Assembly: GCA_052168235.1 (NCBI GenBank)
Contig: JBQLZK010000021.1
Location: 1-64,000 of the forward strand
Origin: Thainema sp.
GTDB taxonomy: Bacteria > Cyanobacteriota > Cyanobacteriia > Phormidesmidales > Phormidesmidaceae
Length of the DNA: 64,000 nt
Direction of reading: 5' to 3'
Shown here: one piece after another, positions 45,942 to 58,200 of the stretch
Numbering within the stretch: the stretch's first letter is position 1
Layout of the letters: each line of letters opens with the position of its first letter
Translations under genes and position numbers: made by a program
The notes under the pieces: model-generated
Told to the model about the DNA's origin: nothing
The model's input: the letters and a program-made list of their open reading frames with translations, nothing else
Databases searched by the model: none

Positions 45942-48767
45942 ATGTGGCGCAAGTTTCAGACTCTTCTTCAACGAACTCGTAGCGTACTGGTGATTACGCC
46001 CAGTGTGGCTTTGACTGTCATTGTGGGTCAGTCATTTGGGTTGTTTAACCTACCGGAATGGAAGATCCGCGACGAGTGGGTGCGGTTGCGATCGCAAAAT
46101 GTCGTAGCCGACGAGATTGTCATTGTCACAATTGATGAGCAGGATATTCAATCGGTCGGTAACTGGCCGGTTCCAGACTGGGCACTGGCGCAGCTACTGG
46201 AACAGATTCGGGCGCAAGAACCGCGCAGCATCGGCCTGGATCTGTATCGCGATTTGCCGGAGGGCAGTGGCCACGAGCAGTTAGTTGAGATCTTTCAAAC
46301 AACGCCTAATTTAATTGGAGTTGAGAAAATTACCGGGGAACGAGTTCCAGCGCCGCCCGCACTAAAAGAGCTCGACCAAGTGGGACTGGCAGATTTGGTG
46401 CTAGACAGCGATCGCAACGTGCGCCGCGCCCTGCTCACGGCTGGCGATGAGCAAGAGGACAACATCATCAAAGCTGGATTGGCTACCCGCGTTGCTCTCC
46501 AGTACCTGGAAGCCGAAAGTATCAGTTTAGAAAGCATTGATCCAGAGCAGCAGAAGTTTCAGTTGGGTCAACAAACTTATGTACCACTCAGCCGACAGGA
46601 AGCGGGCTACTCGAATGGGGATTTGGGCGGCTATCAGATTTTGCTGAACTGGCATGGCTCAGAAACTGCTTTCCAAACGGTTACCATGCGCGATGTGCTA
46701 GCAGGCAACGTGCCGTCGGATTTAATGCGCGATCGCATGGTTTTTATTGGCTCGACCGCTTCGAGTACAAACGACTTTTTTGGCACTCCCTTTAGTTCCT
46801 CTTGGCTATTTGCCCAACGTCCAACACCTGGTGTCGTTGTTCATGCCAATATTGCCTACCAGCTCGTTCGCGGCGCACAGACGGGAACAGCGAATCTACG
46901 CGGCTTTTCCCGTGTCCCCTTTGCTGGCTGGATTTTACTCTGGTCTACTGTGGGGTCAGTTGGTAGCTGGTGGCTCTCAAGCGTGCAAGCGGGTAAATGG
47001 ATTCCGGGCGGCAAAATCTTCTGGGCCAGCGTGGGCATTAATGGAGCACTACTGGTGGGCGGTTACGCCGGATTCTTGGGCGGTATTTTGATTCCCGTTA
47101 GTCCTGCATTGGTCGCATTGACTAGCAGCGTGATTGCCACGACAAACGCTCGCAAACAGCAAAAGCTAGAAGAAACCAACCAACAGCTCGAAATTGCTAA
47201 CGCTCAGCTTCTGGACTATTCCAAAACGCTGGAAGCCAAAGTAGAAGAGCGCACACACGAGCTAGTTCAAGCCAAACAAGCCGCTGATGCCGCCAACCAA
47301 GCCAAGAGCGAGTTCCTGGCCAATATGAGTCATGAGCTGCGCACGCCGCTCAACGGCATTTTGGGCTACGCCCAAATTCTAGAGCGCTCGCCAGCGCTCC
47401 GTCAGCAAGATCAAAAAGGGGTAGGCATTATCTATCAATGCGGCACCCACCTCCTGACGCTGATTAATGACATTCTGGATTTGTCAAAAATCGAAGCTCG
47501 CAAACTGGATTTATCACCCACAAAGATTCATTTGCTGACGTTTTTGCATGGAGTGGCTGAAATCTGTCGCATTCGGGCCGAGCAAAAAGGTGTGTTCTTC
47601 AATATGGCCATGAACGATCGCCTACCGATGACGATTCAGGCCGATGAAAAGCGGCTGCGACAGGTTTTGATTAATCTGCTGGGAAACGCTATCAAGTTTA
47701 CGGACAACGGCAAAGTCACATTCAAAATTGATGTCCTGCCCCAGGCTGCTCCGCCGCAAGACGAAGATGAACAGCAGGCCAATCAGCTTACCATCACGCT
47801 GCGCTTTCAAGTTGAAGACACTGGCATTGGCATGTCTGCCGATCAGATCGAAAAAATCTTTTTACCGTTTGAGCAGGTTGGTGAAGCTAGTCATCGCCCC
47901 GACGGTACTGGCTTGGGGCTAGCGATTAGCCAAAAAATCATCGCGCTGATGAGTAGTCAAATTCAGGTACAGAGCCGCTTAGGAGAAGGCAGCGTCTTCT
48001 GGTTTGACCTCAGTGTTCCAGTGTCCCGTGACTGGCAGGCCACAGAGCAGAACCCGACCCAACCCGTAATTGTAGGAATTCAAGGTCAATCCCCCAAAAT
48101 CCTAATTATTGATGACGATGCCAATCATCGTTCAATTTTGACGAAGCTGCTGCAGGACATCGGTTGTCAAACCCTTGCCGCCACAGACGGTGGTGAAGGA
48201 TTAGCACAAGCTATGCAACATCAGCCCGATCTGATTGTGCTGGATTTGGCCATGCCTAATATGGATGGATTTGAGCTGATGATGAAGTTGCAGGCTAATT
48301 CAGACACTCAAGCCATTCCAATTATCGTGTCTAGTGCCAGCGTGTTTGAAGCAGACCGCGATCGCAGTTTGCAAGCTGGGGCACATACATTTCTGCCCAA
48401 ACCGTTTCAAACCGATGAACTACTCAATGCCATCAGCTCACTGCTGAATGTGGACTGGATCTATGCCGAAGTAATGCCACTGTCAACCTCTTTAATTCCT
48501 GATCCGCTGCCAGTACAGTCGTCTGCTCATCAACATAATCATCAACAGGATGAATGGGTCTTGCCTTCAGATGACGTTCTACAGCAGCTCTACCACCTGG
48601 CCATGATGGGCGACATTCCAGCGATTGAGCAGATTTTAGTGGACTTAACTCAACATTCACAGTTCGCTCCCTTTGTCGCTGAGTTACACAAGCTGGCCAC
48701 TAACTTTCAAACTAAAAAAATTCGCCAATTCCTCAAAGCTTTTGTCAAAACGGAGTCGCATCAGTAA
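45942..48767 (+). CDS. CHASE2-domain hybrid sensor histidine kinase
   Basis: [33 protein letters not shown], 3 [35 protein letters not shown]. Confidence 0.93.
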   Translation: MWRKFQTLLQRTRSVLVITPSVALTVIVGQSFGLFNLPEWKIRDEWVRLRSQNVVADEIVIVTIDEQDIQSVGNWPVPDWALAQLLEQIRAQEPRSIGLDLYRDLPEGSGHEQLVEIFQTTPNLIGVEKITGERVPAPPALKELDQVGLADLVLDSDRNVRRALLTAGDEQEDNIIKAGLATRVALQYLEAESISLESIDPEQQKFQLGQQTYVPLSRQEAGYSNGDLGGYQILLNWHGSETAFQTVTMRDVLAGNVPSDLMRDRMVFIGSTASSTNDFFGTPFSSSWLFAQRPTPGVVVHANIAYQLVRGAQTGTANLRGFSRVPFAGWILLWSTVGSVGSWWLSSVQAGKWIPGGKIFWASVGINGALLVGGYAGFLGGILIPVSPALVALTSSVIATTNARKQQKLEETNQQLEIANAQLLDYSKTLEAKVEERTHELVQAKQAADAANQAKSEFLANMSHELRTPLNGILGYAQILERSPALRQQDQKGVGIIYQCGTHLLTLINDILDLSKIEARKLDLSPTKIHLLTFLHGVAEICRIRAEQKGVFFNMAMNDRLPMTIQADEKRLRQVLINLLGNAIKFTDNGKVTFKIDVLPQAAPPQDEDEQQANQLTITLRFQVEDTGIGMSADQIEKIFLPFEQVGEASHRPDGTGLGLAISQKIIALMSSQIQVQSRLGEGSVFWFDLSVPVSRDWQATEQNPTQPVIVGIQGQSPKILIIDDDANHRSILTKLLQDIGCQTLAATDGGEGLAQAMQHQPDLIVLDLAMPNMDGFELMMKLQANSDTQAIPIIVSSASVFEADRDRSLQAGAHTFLPKPFQTDELLNAISSLLNVDWIYAEVMPLSTSLIPDPLPVQSSAHQHNHQQDEWVLPSDDVLQQLYHLAMMGDIPAIEQILVDLTQHSQFAPFVAELHKLATNFQTKKIRQFLKAFVKTESHQ

Positions 48768-50158
48768 TGATTTCACATTCTTTCTCCCAGTCAACTTCCA
48801 CGCTGAGTCAGGCTGCTCAATGTGATGGATCACCGAATAGCTTAGTCACTGATGCCATACCGACTTCTGTGCATATTCTGCTGGTTGATGATAATCCAAC
48901 CAATCTGAAAGTGCTGTCGGAAGCCATTCAAGGCTATGGTTGGAAAGCGTTAATGGCAACGGATGGTGAATCTGCGATTGAACAGGCTGAATATGCTAGT
49001 CCTGATTTGATTTTGCTGGATGTGATGATGCCTGGTTTGAACGGGTTCGAAACCTGCCGCAGGCTAAAAGATAATCCCCTGACTCAAAATATTCCGATCA
49101 TTTTTATGACCGCTTTATCGGATGCAAGAGATAAAGTGAAAGGGTTAGAAATGGGCGCGGTCGATTATGTAACTAAGCCATTTCAACAAGAAGAAGTCGT
49201 TGCTCGGTTGAAGCTGCATCTGAAGCTATCTCATTTAACCCGCACACTTGAGCAACAGGTGCAAGAGCGTACCGCCAAATTAGCCCAATCCTTACAGCAA
49301 TTACAGCAGGCGCAACTAAAGCTGGTACAAAGCGAAAAAATGTCTGCTTTAGGTAATTTGGTTGCGGGTGTCGCCCATGAAATCAATAATCCCGTAGGCT
49401 TTTTATCGGGCAATTTACAGCCAGCACAGGATTATGTCAGCGACCTAATGCGGCTAATTGATCTATATCAGCAAACCTATCCTGAACCCACACCTGAAAT
49501 TCAGGATGAGCTAGAGGATGTGGATCTGGACTATTTACGGGATGATTTGCCTAAGCTTCTACAGTCGATGCGAGTGGGAATTGAGCGTATCCACGGCATC
49601 AGCAACAGCCTTCGGACGTTCTCCCGTGCAGATAAGGACTACAAAGTTCCGTTTGATGTTCATGAAGGATTAGATAGTACGCTGCTAATCCTGAAGCATC
49701 GCCTGAAAGCCAATGATAATCGGCCCGATATTGAGGTGGTTAAACACTATGGTGACTTGCCTAAAATTGACTGCTTTCCTGGCCAATTAAATCAGGTCTT
49801 TATGAATATCCTGGCCAATGCAATTGATGCACTAGAAGAATCTAATGCTGAACGCAGCTTTGCCGACATTAAAGCCAATCCTAATCAAATTACTATCAGT
49901 ACCCAATTAACGGACGATCAGCAGGCCGTTGTCATTCAGCTTCAAGATAACGGCATTGGCATCAGTGAGGAGGTCAAGCAGAAAATTTTTGATCACCTGT
50001 TTACGACTAAAGATGTGGGGAAGGGAACTGGACTGGGTTTAGCCATCTCTCAACAAATCGTTGTTGAACAGCACAACGGTTCGCTAGACGTCAAAGCGTC
50101 CCCAAATCAAGGCTCTGAATTCACGATCACCTTGCCTGTTAAGGCTCTCAACTCTTAG
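48767..50158 (+). CDS. REC-histidine kinase (NtrB-like HisKA)
   Basis: LLVDDNPTN, LDVMMP, SEKMSALGNLVAGVAHEINNP, GKGTGLGL; TAATG stop/start overlap with the upstream gene. Confidence 0.93.
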   Translation: MISHSFSQSTSTLSQAAQCDGSPNSLVTDAIPTSVHILLVDDNPTNLKVLSEAIQGYGWKALMATDGESAIEQAEYASPDLILLDVMMPGLNGFETCRRLKDNPLTQNIPIIFMTALSDARDKVKGLEMGAVDYVTKPFQQEEVVARLKLHLKLSHLTRTLEQQVQERTAKLAQSLQQLQQAQLKLVQSEKMSALGNLVAGVAHEINNPVGFLSGNLQPAQDYVSDLMRLIDLYQQTYPEPTPEIQDELEDVDLDYLRDDLPKLLQSMRVGIERIHGISNSLRTFSRADKDYKVPFDVHEGLDSTLLILKHRLKANDNRPDIEVVKHYGDLPKIDCFPGQLNQVFMNILANAIDALEESNAERSFADIKANPNQITISTQLTDDQQAVVIQLQDNGIGISEEVKQKIFDHLFTTKDVGKGTGLGLAISQQIVVEQHNGSLDVKASPNQGSEFTITLPVKALNS

Positions 50159-50361
50159 GTGACTCGTTGATACTGATTGATCACTATGCATTCACATTTG
50201 TCGGCAACCTGTTTCTTGCTGGTTGCCAGCTCGTTAGCCGCTCTGGCTAACAGATCTATCTCGGTGTCCAGGTAGTGACCCAATCTGGATGATGATAGGT
50301 AAATTTGAAAATTTACTTGACGAATTTAGAGACTTTACGGCATGATAGTAGACGCGTATAC

Positions 50362-50434
50362 GGGGCTATAGCGCAGTTGGTAGCGCATCTCAATGGCATT
50401 GAGAGGGTCAGCGGTTCGAATCCGCTTAGCTCCA
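50362..50434 (+). tRNA. tRNA-Ala(GGC)
   Basis: GGGGCTA/TAGCTCC acceptor stem with G3:U70, D arm GCGC, anticodon arm TCTCA-AT GGC AT-TGAGA, T arm AGCGG TTCGAAT CCGCT; CCA not encoded. Confidence 0.97.
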
Positions 50435-50478
50435 TTCTATTATTTTCTGCACCGCCGATTTTTACATCACGACTGTCG

Positions 50479-51618
50479 TTACGGCAAAGTCTGTGCTGCT
50501 GCATCTCGACTCGGCAATTGGAAGTAAAACGATGTGCCCGCATCAACCTCAGAAGCAACCCAAATATCTCCGCCATGACTGTCGACAATTTTCTTGCAGG
50601 TTGCCAATCCAATGCCGCTACCGGGATACTTTTCAGTCGGGTGAAGGCGTTGAAAACCCTTGAAGATGTCCTGTAGATGTTCAGATGGAATACCGATGCC
50701 GTTGTCATGAACCGCGAAGCGCCAGTAGGTTTTGTCGTGGGGAGAAGCCGCGATCGCAATTTGGGGAATCACCTGAGCGTGAACAAACTTAATGGCGTTA
50801 CTAATTAAATTTTGAAATAACTGAACTAACTGCGTCTCGTTGCCGTAAATAGCCGGGAGGTCAGAACACTGCAAAACTGCGCCGCTTTCTCTCAAAGCAA
50901 TATCGAGATTGCTGAGCGCTTGCGCTAACACAGCATTACCGTCTAACCAGGCAAACGCTTGTTCTTCATGCCCAAGTTGAGCGTAATCCAGCAGATTTTG
51001 AATTAATCGCTGCATGCGATCGCAGGCGTTAACAATGTTGTTTAAGTACTCCTGGGCTGGAGTTTGAGCCAACTCTGGGAACTGAAGGGTGATGATTTTG
51101 GTGTAGCCTGTAATGCTTTGTAAAGGTTGCTGTAGGTCGTGGGACACGATATGAGCAAACTGCTCCAGCTCTTGATTAGAGCGGGCTAGCTCTTCATTCT
51201 GAGCCGTTAGCTGCCGCTGGAGTTCCTGCAGGCGGAGCTGATTTTCGACCCGGACGAGCACTTCAGCTTCTTGAAAAGGTTTAGTAATGTAGTCCGCTCC
51301 GCCGACAGAAAAGGCGTGCACTTTGTCTAATGCATCATCCAGGGCACTGATAAAGATAATCGGAACAGCTTGCGTGTCTGGATCTTGTTTGAGCCGCAGG
51401 CAAACTTCATAACCATCCATCTCCGGCATTTTGATATCCAGCAGAATCAAATCAGGCGCATCTGCTTTCACTGAAGCAAGAGCTTGAGCGCTATTCAAGG
51501 CTTTACGCACCTCGTAATTGTGCTGTGTCAGTATGGCCGACAACAACCGCAAATTATCTGGTGTATCATCGACAACTAGGATTTCTTTTTTAGACGGATT
51601 TGCTGGAAGATATGGCAT
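50479..51618 (-). CDS. REC-histidine kinase (BphP-type kinase module)
   Basis: VVDDTPDN, LDIKMP, FAHIVSHDLQQPL, QLFQNLISNAIKF, YPGSGIGL. Confidence 0.92.
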   Translation of the reverse strand: MPYLPANPSKKEILVVDDTPDNLRLLSAILTQHNYEVRKALNSAQALASVKADAPDLILLDIKMPEMDGYEVCLRLKQDPDTQAVPIIFISALDDALDKVHAFSVGGADYITKPFQEAEVLVRVENQLRLQELQRQLTAQNEELARSNQELEQFAHIVSHDLQQPLQSITGYTKIITLQFPELAQTPAQEYLNNIVNACDRMQRLIQNLLDYAQLGHEEQAFAWLDGNAVLAQALSNLDIALRESGAVLQCSDLPAIYGNETQLVQLFQNLISNAIKFVHAQVIPQIAIAASPHDKTYWRFAVHDNGIGIPSEHLQDIFKGFQRLHPTEKYPGSGIGLATCKKIVDSHGGDIWVASEVDAGTSFYFQLPSRDAAAQTLP

Positions 51619-51647
51619 AAAGTAAATCAAGCGCGTAGTGCAATTGT

Positions 51648-54600
51648 TTAGCCCATTTTCATCAGTAACACAATCTGATCAAACTGAAATCGTTTTGCTA
51701 AATGAGCCAAAATTTTTGTCAAGGCTTCATGTTTAAGAGCAACTTGTTCAGTTAGCTGAAGAATCTTACGATCGGAACCTGTTAAAGCCGCTTGATGAAC
51801 TTGCTGTCGCCACTGCAGCGAGACTCGATCTAGATCTTCTTTTACAGCATTGAAAAGGGGCTCCATCTCATCCAGCGAATGATTAGAGGCATCAAATAAC
51901 GCGACGTTAAACTTCGAGAATTCAATTGTTTCAGGATCAAGCACAGACGGTGGAACGTCGAATTCGCTTGATGTAGCGGTGGTGGTCTGAATCGCTGTAT
52001 TATCTATTACTGCCGATGGCCCACTTGCGCCGTTACTGGCAATTGTCCAAAAATTAAATTTAAACAAGCTACCGTGATTTAATGCGCTGTGAACAGTGAT
52101 ATCTCCTCCCATCAAGTTAATAAATTGGCGAGCCAGCGCCAATCCCAAACCATTCCCTTGACTCGCTTTCCGTCCGGCTTCTGCTTGGGTAAAGGGTGCA
52201 AAAACGTTATTTAATTCTTTAGGCTCAATGCCCTGGCCCGTATCTTCAATCTCAGCCCAAAGGTTGAAGCGATAGTCTGTTTGGTTAACAGGAACTTGAG
52301 CCTGGATTCCCATGCGTAATGTGATACTGCCAATCTGAGTAAATTTGATGGCATTATTTAATAAATTAAACAGTATTTGGCGCAGCTTGCCTTGATCGGT
52401 CGTGATGGATTGGGGCAGTTGCGGATCAATTTCGAACGATAAGCTCAGTCTTTTTTGGGCAGCTGCGATCGCAACTTTCGCTTCAATATCCACTAACAGC
52501 TCACGTAAATTAAAACGAGTTGGAACTAGCTGATTGGGGCCAGAGTCGAGGCGGGCAATCGTCAGCACATCATTAATGCGATTGAGTAAATAGCGGCCAT
52601 TGCGATGGATGATATCAATGTATTCTTTGTGCTCCGCTGTAATTACCGTTTCGGCAGTGTCGGTATCTTCTTTGGCTTCATTGCCTAAAATTTCGCTGAA
52701 TCCCAAAATGGCGTTCAGCGGCGTCCGCAGTTCATGGCTGATGTTAGCCAGAAATTCGGTTTTGGCTTGGTTGGCGGATTCTGCTGCTGTCTTAGCTTGA
52801 GCCAGTTCTAGAGCCTGTTGGCGAGTTTGTTCCAAAAGCTCTGCATGCTGCAGTGCAACGCCCAGTTGGCTGGTAATGTGAAGCACGAGGTTAACCTCTT
52901 CCGGTTTCCACTGGCGCGGTGCAGTATTTTGATAATTGGCCAGCAGTCCCCAAAGCCGCCCACCCACAAAAATGGGAACCGTGAGGTAAGCCCGCACCTG
53001 AAAATGGCGAAGCAGGTTGAGGTAGCAGTCGTCTAGCTTGGCCTGCTGGATATCGGCAATGCAGCTATAGGGTTTGCCTCGAGCATAGTGTCCCTCCTGA
53101 GACGTTTGAAAATAGGTATCCCTTTCGAAGATAAAACGCTGGTTCCAATGTTGAATACTGCATGTCTGGGAGGTTACGGCTTCGCTCGGCAAATGAGGAG
53201 TCTGGGAGAACGTTGGGATGAGGGTATCCCAAGCTGGAGCGGCGGATTCGGAGACAAAACAGCCGCTCCAGTCGGAGTTAAAGCGATAAATCAGAGTGCG
53301 ATCGCAGTTCAACAGGTGGCGTAGTTCACGGGTAGTTGTGGTAAAAATTTGCTCAACCTCCAGTGTTTGGCGCATCTGTTCAACCAGTTGATGCGTCAAG
53401 TGTTCTCGCCGCCAGTTTTGATGGAGTTCTACTTCAGCTTGACAATTTTCCAGATGCAGTGAAAGAGAGGCAGCGGCAGCTTCTAACAGCATAATTTCAG
53501 CGGCATCCCATAGCCGAGCGGTTTGGCAGTTATCAAACCCAATCGTGCCCCAAAATTGCCCTTTTACCATTAACGGCAACACCAGAATAGCCAGAATGTC
53601 CTGCGAGTCTAGAATGGCTTGATCAGAAGCGGGCAAATCGCAAACCAGGCTGTTGATTGGCTGTCCCAGGGACAAACGTTGAAACCACTGCGGCGACAAC
53701 TGATCATAGGAGAGGTTTTGCAGCAGCGAGTTATCGATTTGAGGCAGGATACCCGCTGCACACCACTCCAGCCGCTGGCTCATCAGTCGCTCATCGTGGT
53801 TTTCAAATAGATAGGCTCGTGACGCGCCTGCCGTTTCTCCAAGCTGGCTCAAAACGGTCTGATAAACCAATTTAAGTTTAGCCAGTTGGGACTCTAAACT
53901 GAGCCGGGTTGGCTGCGCCCCACAGTCCGATGAGTCGTCCAAATCACGGGACATCAAGTAATGGCCAGAGGCCAATAGCTGCTGCTGAATCGAAACCACA
54001 ACAGACAGATAGCGCTCTTGCCGGACTAACAGCGCTTCCATTTCCTTGTAGTGCGTGACATCCCGCTGAATCCCAAAGTGGCCCATAATCTGGCCTTGGT
54101 CGTTATACAGACAGGTGTAATACCCTTCAATCCACAGAGTTGCACCATCGCTAAATCGCCGCTCTTCGGTGACTGTGCTCATGATGCCGACGTTGAAAAA
54201 GCGCCTCCACACCTCTTTCCCGTAGTCCAGATCGTGGGCAAAAAAGTCAACAGGCGTAGTGCCTAAAATGTCCTCATGGCTTACACCATACTGCTCTAGA
54301 AATGCGTCGTTGACTTTAGTAATGCGTTGATGAACAAAGGCATAGTCAATGGCAGCAGCTTGGTCAGTGTCGTCATTCCAGGTCAACGGCTCATCCAGCA
54401 TCATCAGAAAAAAGCCATCTTGAGCTTCTTCAAAGATCTGTTCGAGCAGACTGGGGGTGTGTTCTCGACAAGAAATACGTAGGAGTTGCCATTTACTCAC
54501 GACTCCTAGAAAGGAGCTGCCAGGAGCTGCTACGGGTAAATAATCAACCTGATACGCTTCAAAGTAACCAATGAGTTGCTCAATGGAGAGGGATGTGTTT

Positions 54601-54896
54601 GGCTGAATGCACGGTAAATGACGCACCATAACGTGCTCAACCGTCAGGGCAGTCAGGCTATTAGCCGTTATATTGCCAACCGTTGCGTCGTTAGTCGTTG
54701 TGGTGATGGCTTGCAGTAGTTGCTTCGGAAAGACGGCTCCGAGTAGCTGAATATCGCCATTAGCATTCGTTTCCGTAATCCATAGCGCCGTGAAGTGGGT
54801 CTGCCTCATAACTGCGATCGCAGTTTGTAGAGACGCTGTACGCTCTATCGTCGGAGGATGATAGTCAATGGCTTGAGATAAGAAACGATCCAGCAT
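51648..54896 (-). CDS. CBS-PAS-GAF-GAF(cyanobacteriochrome)-histidine kinase
   Basis: Degenerate CBS pair, PAS (GIQRDVT), GAF, CBCR GAF ([36 protein letters not shown]...PRQW), [14 protein letters not shown]. Confidence 0.9.
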   Translation of the reverse strand: MLDRFLSQAIDYHPPTIERTASLQTAIAVMRQTHFTALWITETNANGDIQLLGAVFPKQLLQAITTTTNDATVGNITANSLTALTVEHVMVRHLPCIQPNTSLSIEQLIGYFEAYQVDYLPVAAPGSSFLGVVSKWQLLRISCREHTPSLLEQIFEEAQDGFFLMMLDEPLTWNDDTDQAAAIDYAFVHQRITKVNDAFLEQYGVSHEDILGTTPVDFFAHDLDYGKEVWRRFFNVGIMSTVTEERRFSDGATLWIEGYYTCLYNDQGQIMGHFGIQRDVTHYKEMEALLVRQERYLSVVVSIQQQLLASGHYLMSRDLDDSSDCGAQPTRLSLESQLAKLKLVYQTVLSQLGETAGASRAYLFENHDERLMSQRLEWCAAGILPQIDNSLLQNLSYDQLSPQWFQRLSLGQPINSLVCDLPASDQAILDSQDILAILVLPLMVKGQFWGTIGFDNCQTARLWDAAEIMLLEAAAASLSLHLENCQAEVELHQNWRREHLTHQLVEQMRQTLEVEQIFTTTTRELRHLLNCDRTLIYRFNSDWSGCFVSESAAPAWDTLIPTFSQTPHLPSEAVTSQTCSIQHWNQRFIFERDTYFQTSQEGHYARGKPYSCIADIQQAKLDDCYLNLLRHFQVRAYLTVPIFVGGRLWGLLANYQNTAPRQWKPEEVNLVLHITSQLGVALQHAELLEQTRQQALELAQAKTAAESANQAKTEFLANISHELRTPLNAILGFSEILGNEAKEDTDTAETVITAEHKEYIDIIHRNGRYLLNRINDVLTIARLDSGPNQLVPTRFNLRELLVDIEAKVAIAAAQKRLSLSFEIDPQLPQSITTDQGKLRQILFNLLNNAIKFTQIGSITLRMGIQAQVPVNQTDYRFNLWAEIEDTGQGIEPKELNNVFAPFTQAEAGRKASQGNGLGLALARQFINLMGGDITVHSALNHGSLFKFNFWTIASNGASGPSAVIDNTAIQTTTATSSEFDVPPSVLDPETIEFSKFNVALFDASNHSLDEMEPLFNAVKEDLDRVSLQWRQQVHQAALTGSDRKILQLTEQVALKHEALTKILAHLAKRFQFDQIVLLMKMG

Positions 54897-55208
54897 GTCT
54901 TTACTAGCACAACGAATATCATATGATGGCCCAACGATTGGCAAGTTTCTTGATGCAATCCCAATTAATGAGCGACTTTAAATCTGACCTAAAATTGTGA
55001 ACCAGCAATCTAATTTAGGCAAACAATTACGATTATTAATTTATTAGGTATTAGGTTTTCCAGCCACTGGCAAATTCGCTGATCAATCTTGTTATTTTAG
55101 TTTTGACTACTGGAGAAATTCACCAGCTTTCGAATCCAATTCAAGTAATAACTGAATAACTAGCCAACTTTGACTTATGCTGCTGAATGAATTATTCTTA
55201 TTACTGAA

Positions 55209-58200
55209 TCAGCTATTTTTTAAACCGCTAATTTTCAGGATTTCCATAATAGATGTGAATTGAAAAGTTTGCGCCCAATAGATTAGCATTTGTGCCAAGT
55301 TTGATTTTTGATCCGGTAACATCTCAATCAGCTGGAAAATTCGTTCATCTGATCCTTTGACTGCAGCCTGTTGCAGAGACTGAATCCACGTTTCAGGCAT
55401 AGATGGTAAGACCGTTGCCAATTCGAGCACGAGTTGATCGACAGTTGGCTGTTCAGGTGCGACCTCAAAACTAGTGGTTGTTGGATAACGTAAATCTGCG
55501 ATCGCGCATGAGTCTGTTTTATAGAGATAACGAACGGGTAAATATTCGGCAATTGTCTGAAAAATTTGCTTAGCCTGAAACGGCTTTCGAATGAAGTCAT
55601 CACATCCGGCTACCAAGACTCGATTTCGCTCTTCTTCAAACGCATTGGCTGTCAAGCCAACAATAATTGGCGAGGGTGATAGTGCGGCGGCCTTAATTTG
55701 ACGAGTTGCTTCATACCCATCCATTCTTGGCATCCGCATATCCATCCAAATCAGATGAGGCTGCCAACTGTGAGCAAGTTCGACAGCAGCTAAGCCATCT
55801 TCTGCCGTTTTAACTGTGAACCCAGCGGCTTCGAGCATGCGCACGAGCAGCAAGCGATTAGCGGGTTGGTCTTCAACCACTAATAGTCGGTAAGCGGGCT
55901 GCCCCGGAGCTAATCGTTCAACTACGGCATCAGTCGCAACTGAAGGCGGACTCACGGGTAAATCAACCACTAAAGCTTGGATTGCAAAGGAGAATGTTGA
56001 ACCTTGACTCAGTGAGGTTTGAACGTGAATGACACCTCCCATCAGTTGAACAAACTGCTGGCTAATTGATAATCCCAGCCCAGTCCCTTCGCGAGATTGA
56101 TGTCCGGCAGTTGTCTGCGTAAATGGAGCAAAAAGTGTTTTTAGCTCATCTGGCGCAATTCCTGGGCCTGTATCTTCTACCGCGAATGATATGAATATAG
56201 GAGAAGATTGTGAAATCATTGTGACGATTTCTGGATTATTGGCCAAATTGACCGTTAAGTGATCAACTTCCTGCCTGGTAGTTAGTTTCACTCGCAAATT
56301 GACATGGCCCTGCTGAGTAAATTTCACCGCATTACTCAGCAAGTTAATTAATACCTGACGTAACTTATTTTCATCTGTTTCAATATAACGTGGAACATTA
56401 GATGCACAGTCAATAGTCAGAGATATATTTTTGTTTTTTGCCCGCAGCAAAAACATATTTTCGAGGCTTTGCAGCAAAGCATATAGATCAAATGGTTGAG
56501 GCGTAAACGAGATTTTGCCAGCCTCAATTTTGGACATTTCAAGCACATCGTTAATCAACGTCAGCAGATGTTCTCCACTGCGGTAAACAATGTCTAAATA
56601 TTCATGCGTTGTTTGATCAACTTTCCCCTCTCCTAAGAGGAGTTGGGTAAAACCCAAAATCGAATTTAATGGGGTGCGGAACTCATGGCTAATGTTGGCT
56701 AAAAACTCGCTCTTGGCCCGATTGGCTGCATCCGCACTTTCCCGTGCTTGCTGTAACTCATTTTCAAAGGTTTGTCGCTCTAGCTCTGCGCCAGCTCGGG
56801 CCGCAAAAATCTTTAGGATGAGCTCACGCTGCTGTTCAGTGAGCATCGGTCGATCATCAAGCACAGCCAAATGTCCAATCACCTGATTATTTGAATTAGT
56901 CAGCGGTACGCCAAAATAACTGCAAACTCCCCACTCAGCAAATATCGGAAACTGTGGATATAGCGATTGCAGATTGCGTTCATGAAAAACAGTGTGTCCG
57001 TCTAAAACCTTTTCACAAGGTGATCCGCTTAAATCCAGTTCACAATTTGCCCCAAAGCTATCCTTTTGCCAAAAGGCCAGCGTGCGGACACGTTTCTTTT
57101 CTGTACCAATGGTTTGGGTAATGAGGGCATATCGAACCTGGAGCACATCGGCCAGGTAACGAACCAAGGAGCGGAAAAATTGGCTGCCCGTTTTAGCTGC
57201 AGTTCGTTCAAAAATGAGCCGCAGAGCCTGTTCTTGATACTTGAGATCGGTGATATCTTCCGCAATGCCGACTACCCGATCAACATGCCCCGCATCGTCA
57301 CAAATTGGAAAAGCGCGATCGCGAATCCAGCGAGTGGTGCCGTCAGGCCGAATAATCCGATATTCTTCATCGTAGCTTTCACCCTTAGCCTGCTTTGCCA
57401 CGATTCGCTTGATATCTTGAGAATGAATGGCAGCCTGCCAAACCTGGGCATCCTGTAGCACCATGCTGCACGGACGGCCCCAGATCGCTTCATAGGCCGG
57501 CGACATATAGGTAAATTGCTGTTGGGACGGTTCTAAGATCCAAAAAATATTTTCAATATGTTCTGCAAGCTGCCTAAACCGAGCCTCGCTTTCCCGCAGT
57601 GCCATTTCCGCTTGCTGCCGCTGTTGTTCAATTTGATAGGAACAAATAAACTTACCGATGCTTTGAGCCATCAGCTCAATAATTTCGCGTTCATGCCCTT
57701 CAAACCCTTCTGAGCGAATGTCTTGTGAGAAAAAACATAAACTGCCGTAAATCTGCTCATTAACAAAAATAGGTGTGCTAATAAAGGACTCAATCTTAAA
57801 TGCTTGATAAATTGGGTGTTGCTCTATGCCCGGAATGCTGCCGAGATGTGAGTACGTAACGGTTTGTCGAGTTCGAATCGCTTCAGCACAGAACGTATCT
57901 TCTAAATCACAGCTAAAACCAGGGGAGAAACCGCTTAGGCCAGTCTCTATCGCCTGAATCGTGTACTGACTTTGCTGGATAGAGCTAATCACGCCACCCG
58001 CAAACTTCATAGTTTGGCAACCTGTCTTTAGATAATCCTCAAACAGTTCGTCGAAACTCTCAAACTGCCTCAGTCCTAGACGATGAAGCTGTTTGAGGTT
58101 GTGGCTAAATTTTTGAAGGGTTTGAGAGGTTTTAACTAACTTTTGCTCGTTAGCTTTGCGAGATGTGATATCTCGGTATTGCCACAAGTGACCCTGGAAC

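Noticed and set aside
50305..50759. ORFs 50305..50676 (+) and 50313..50759 (-)
   Set aside because: They overlap the tRNA and the REC-kinase gene; shadow frames
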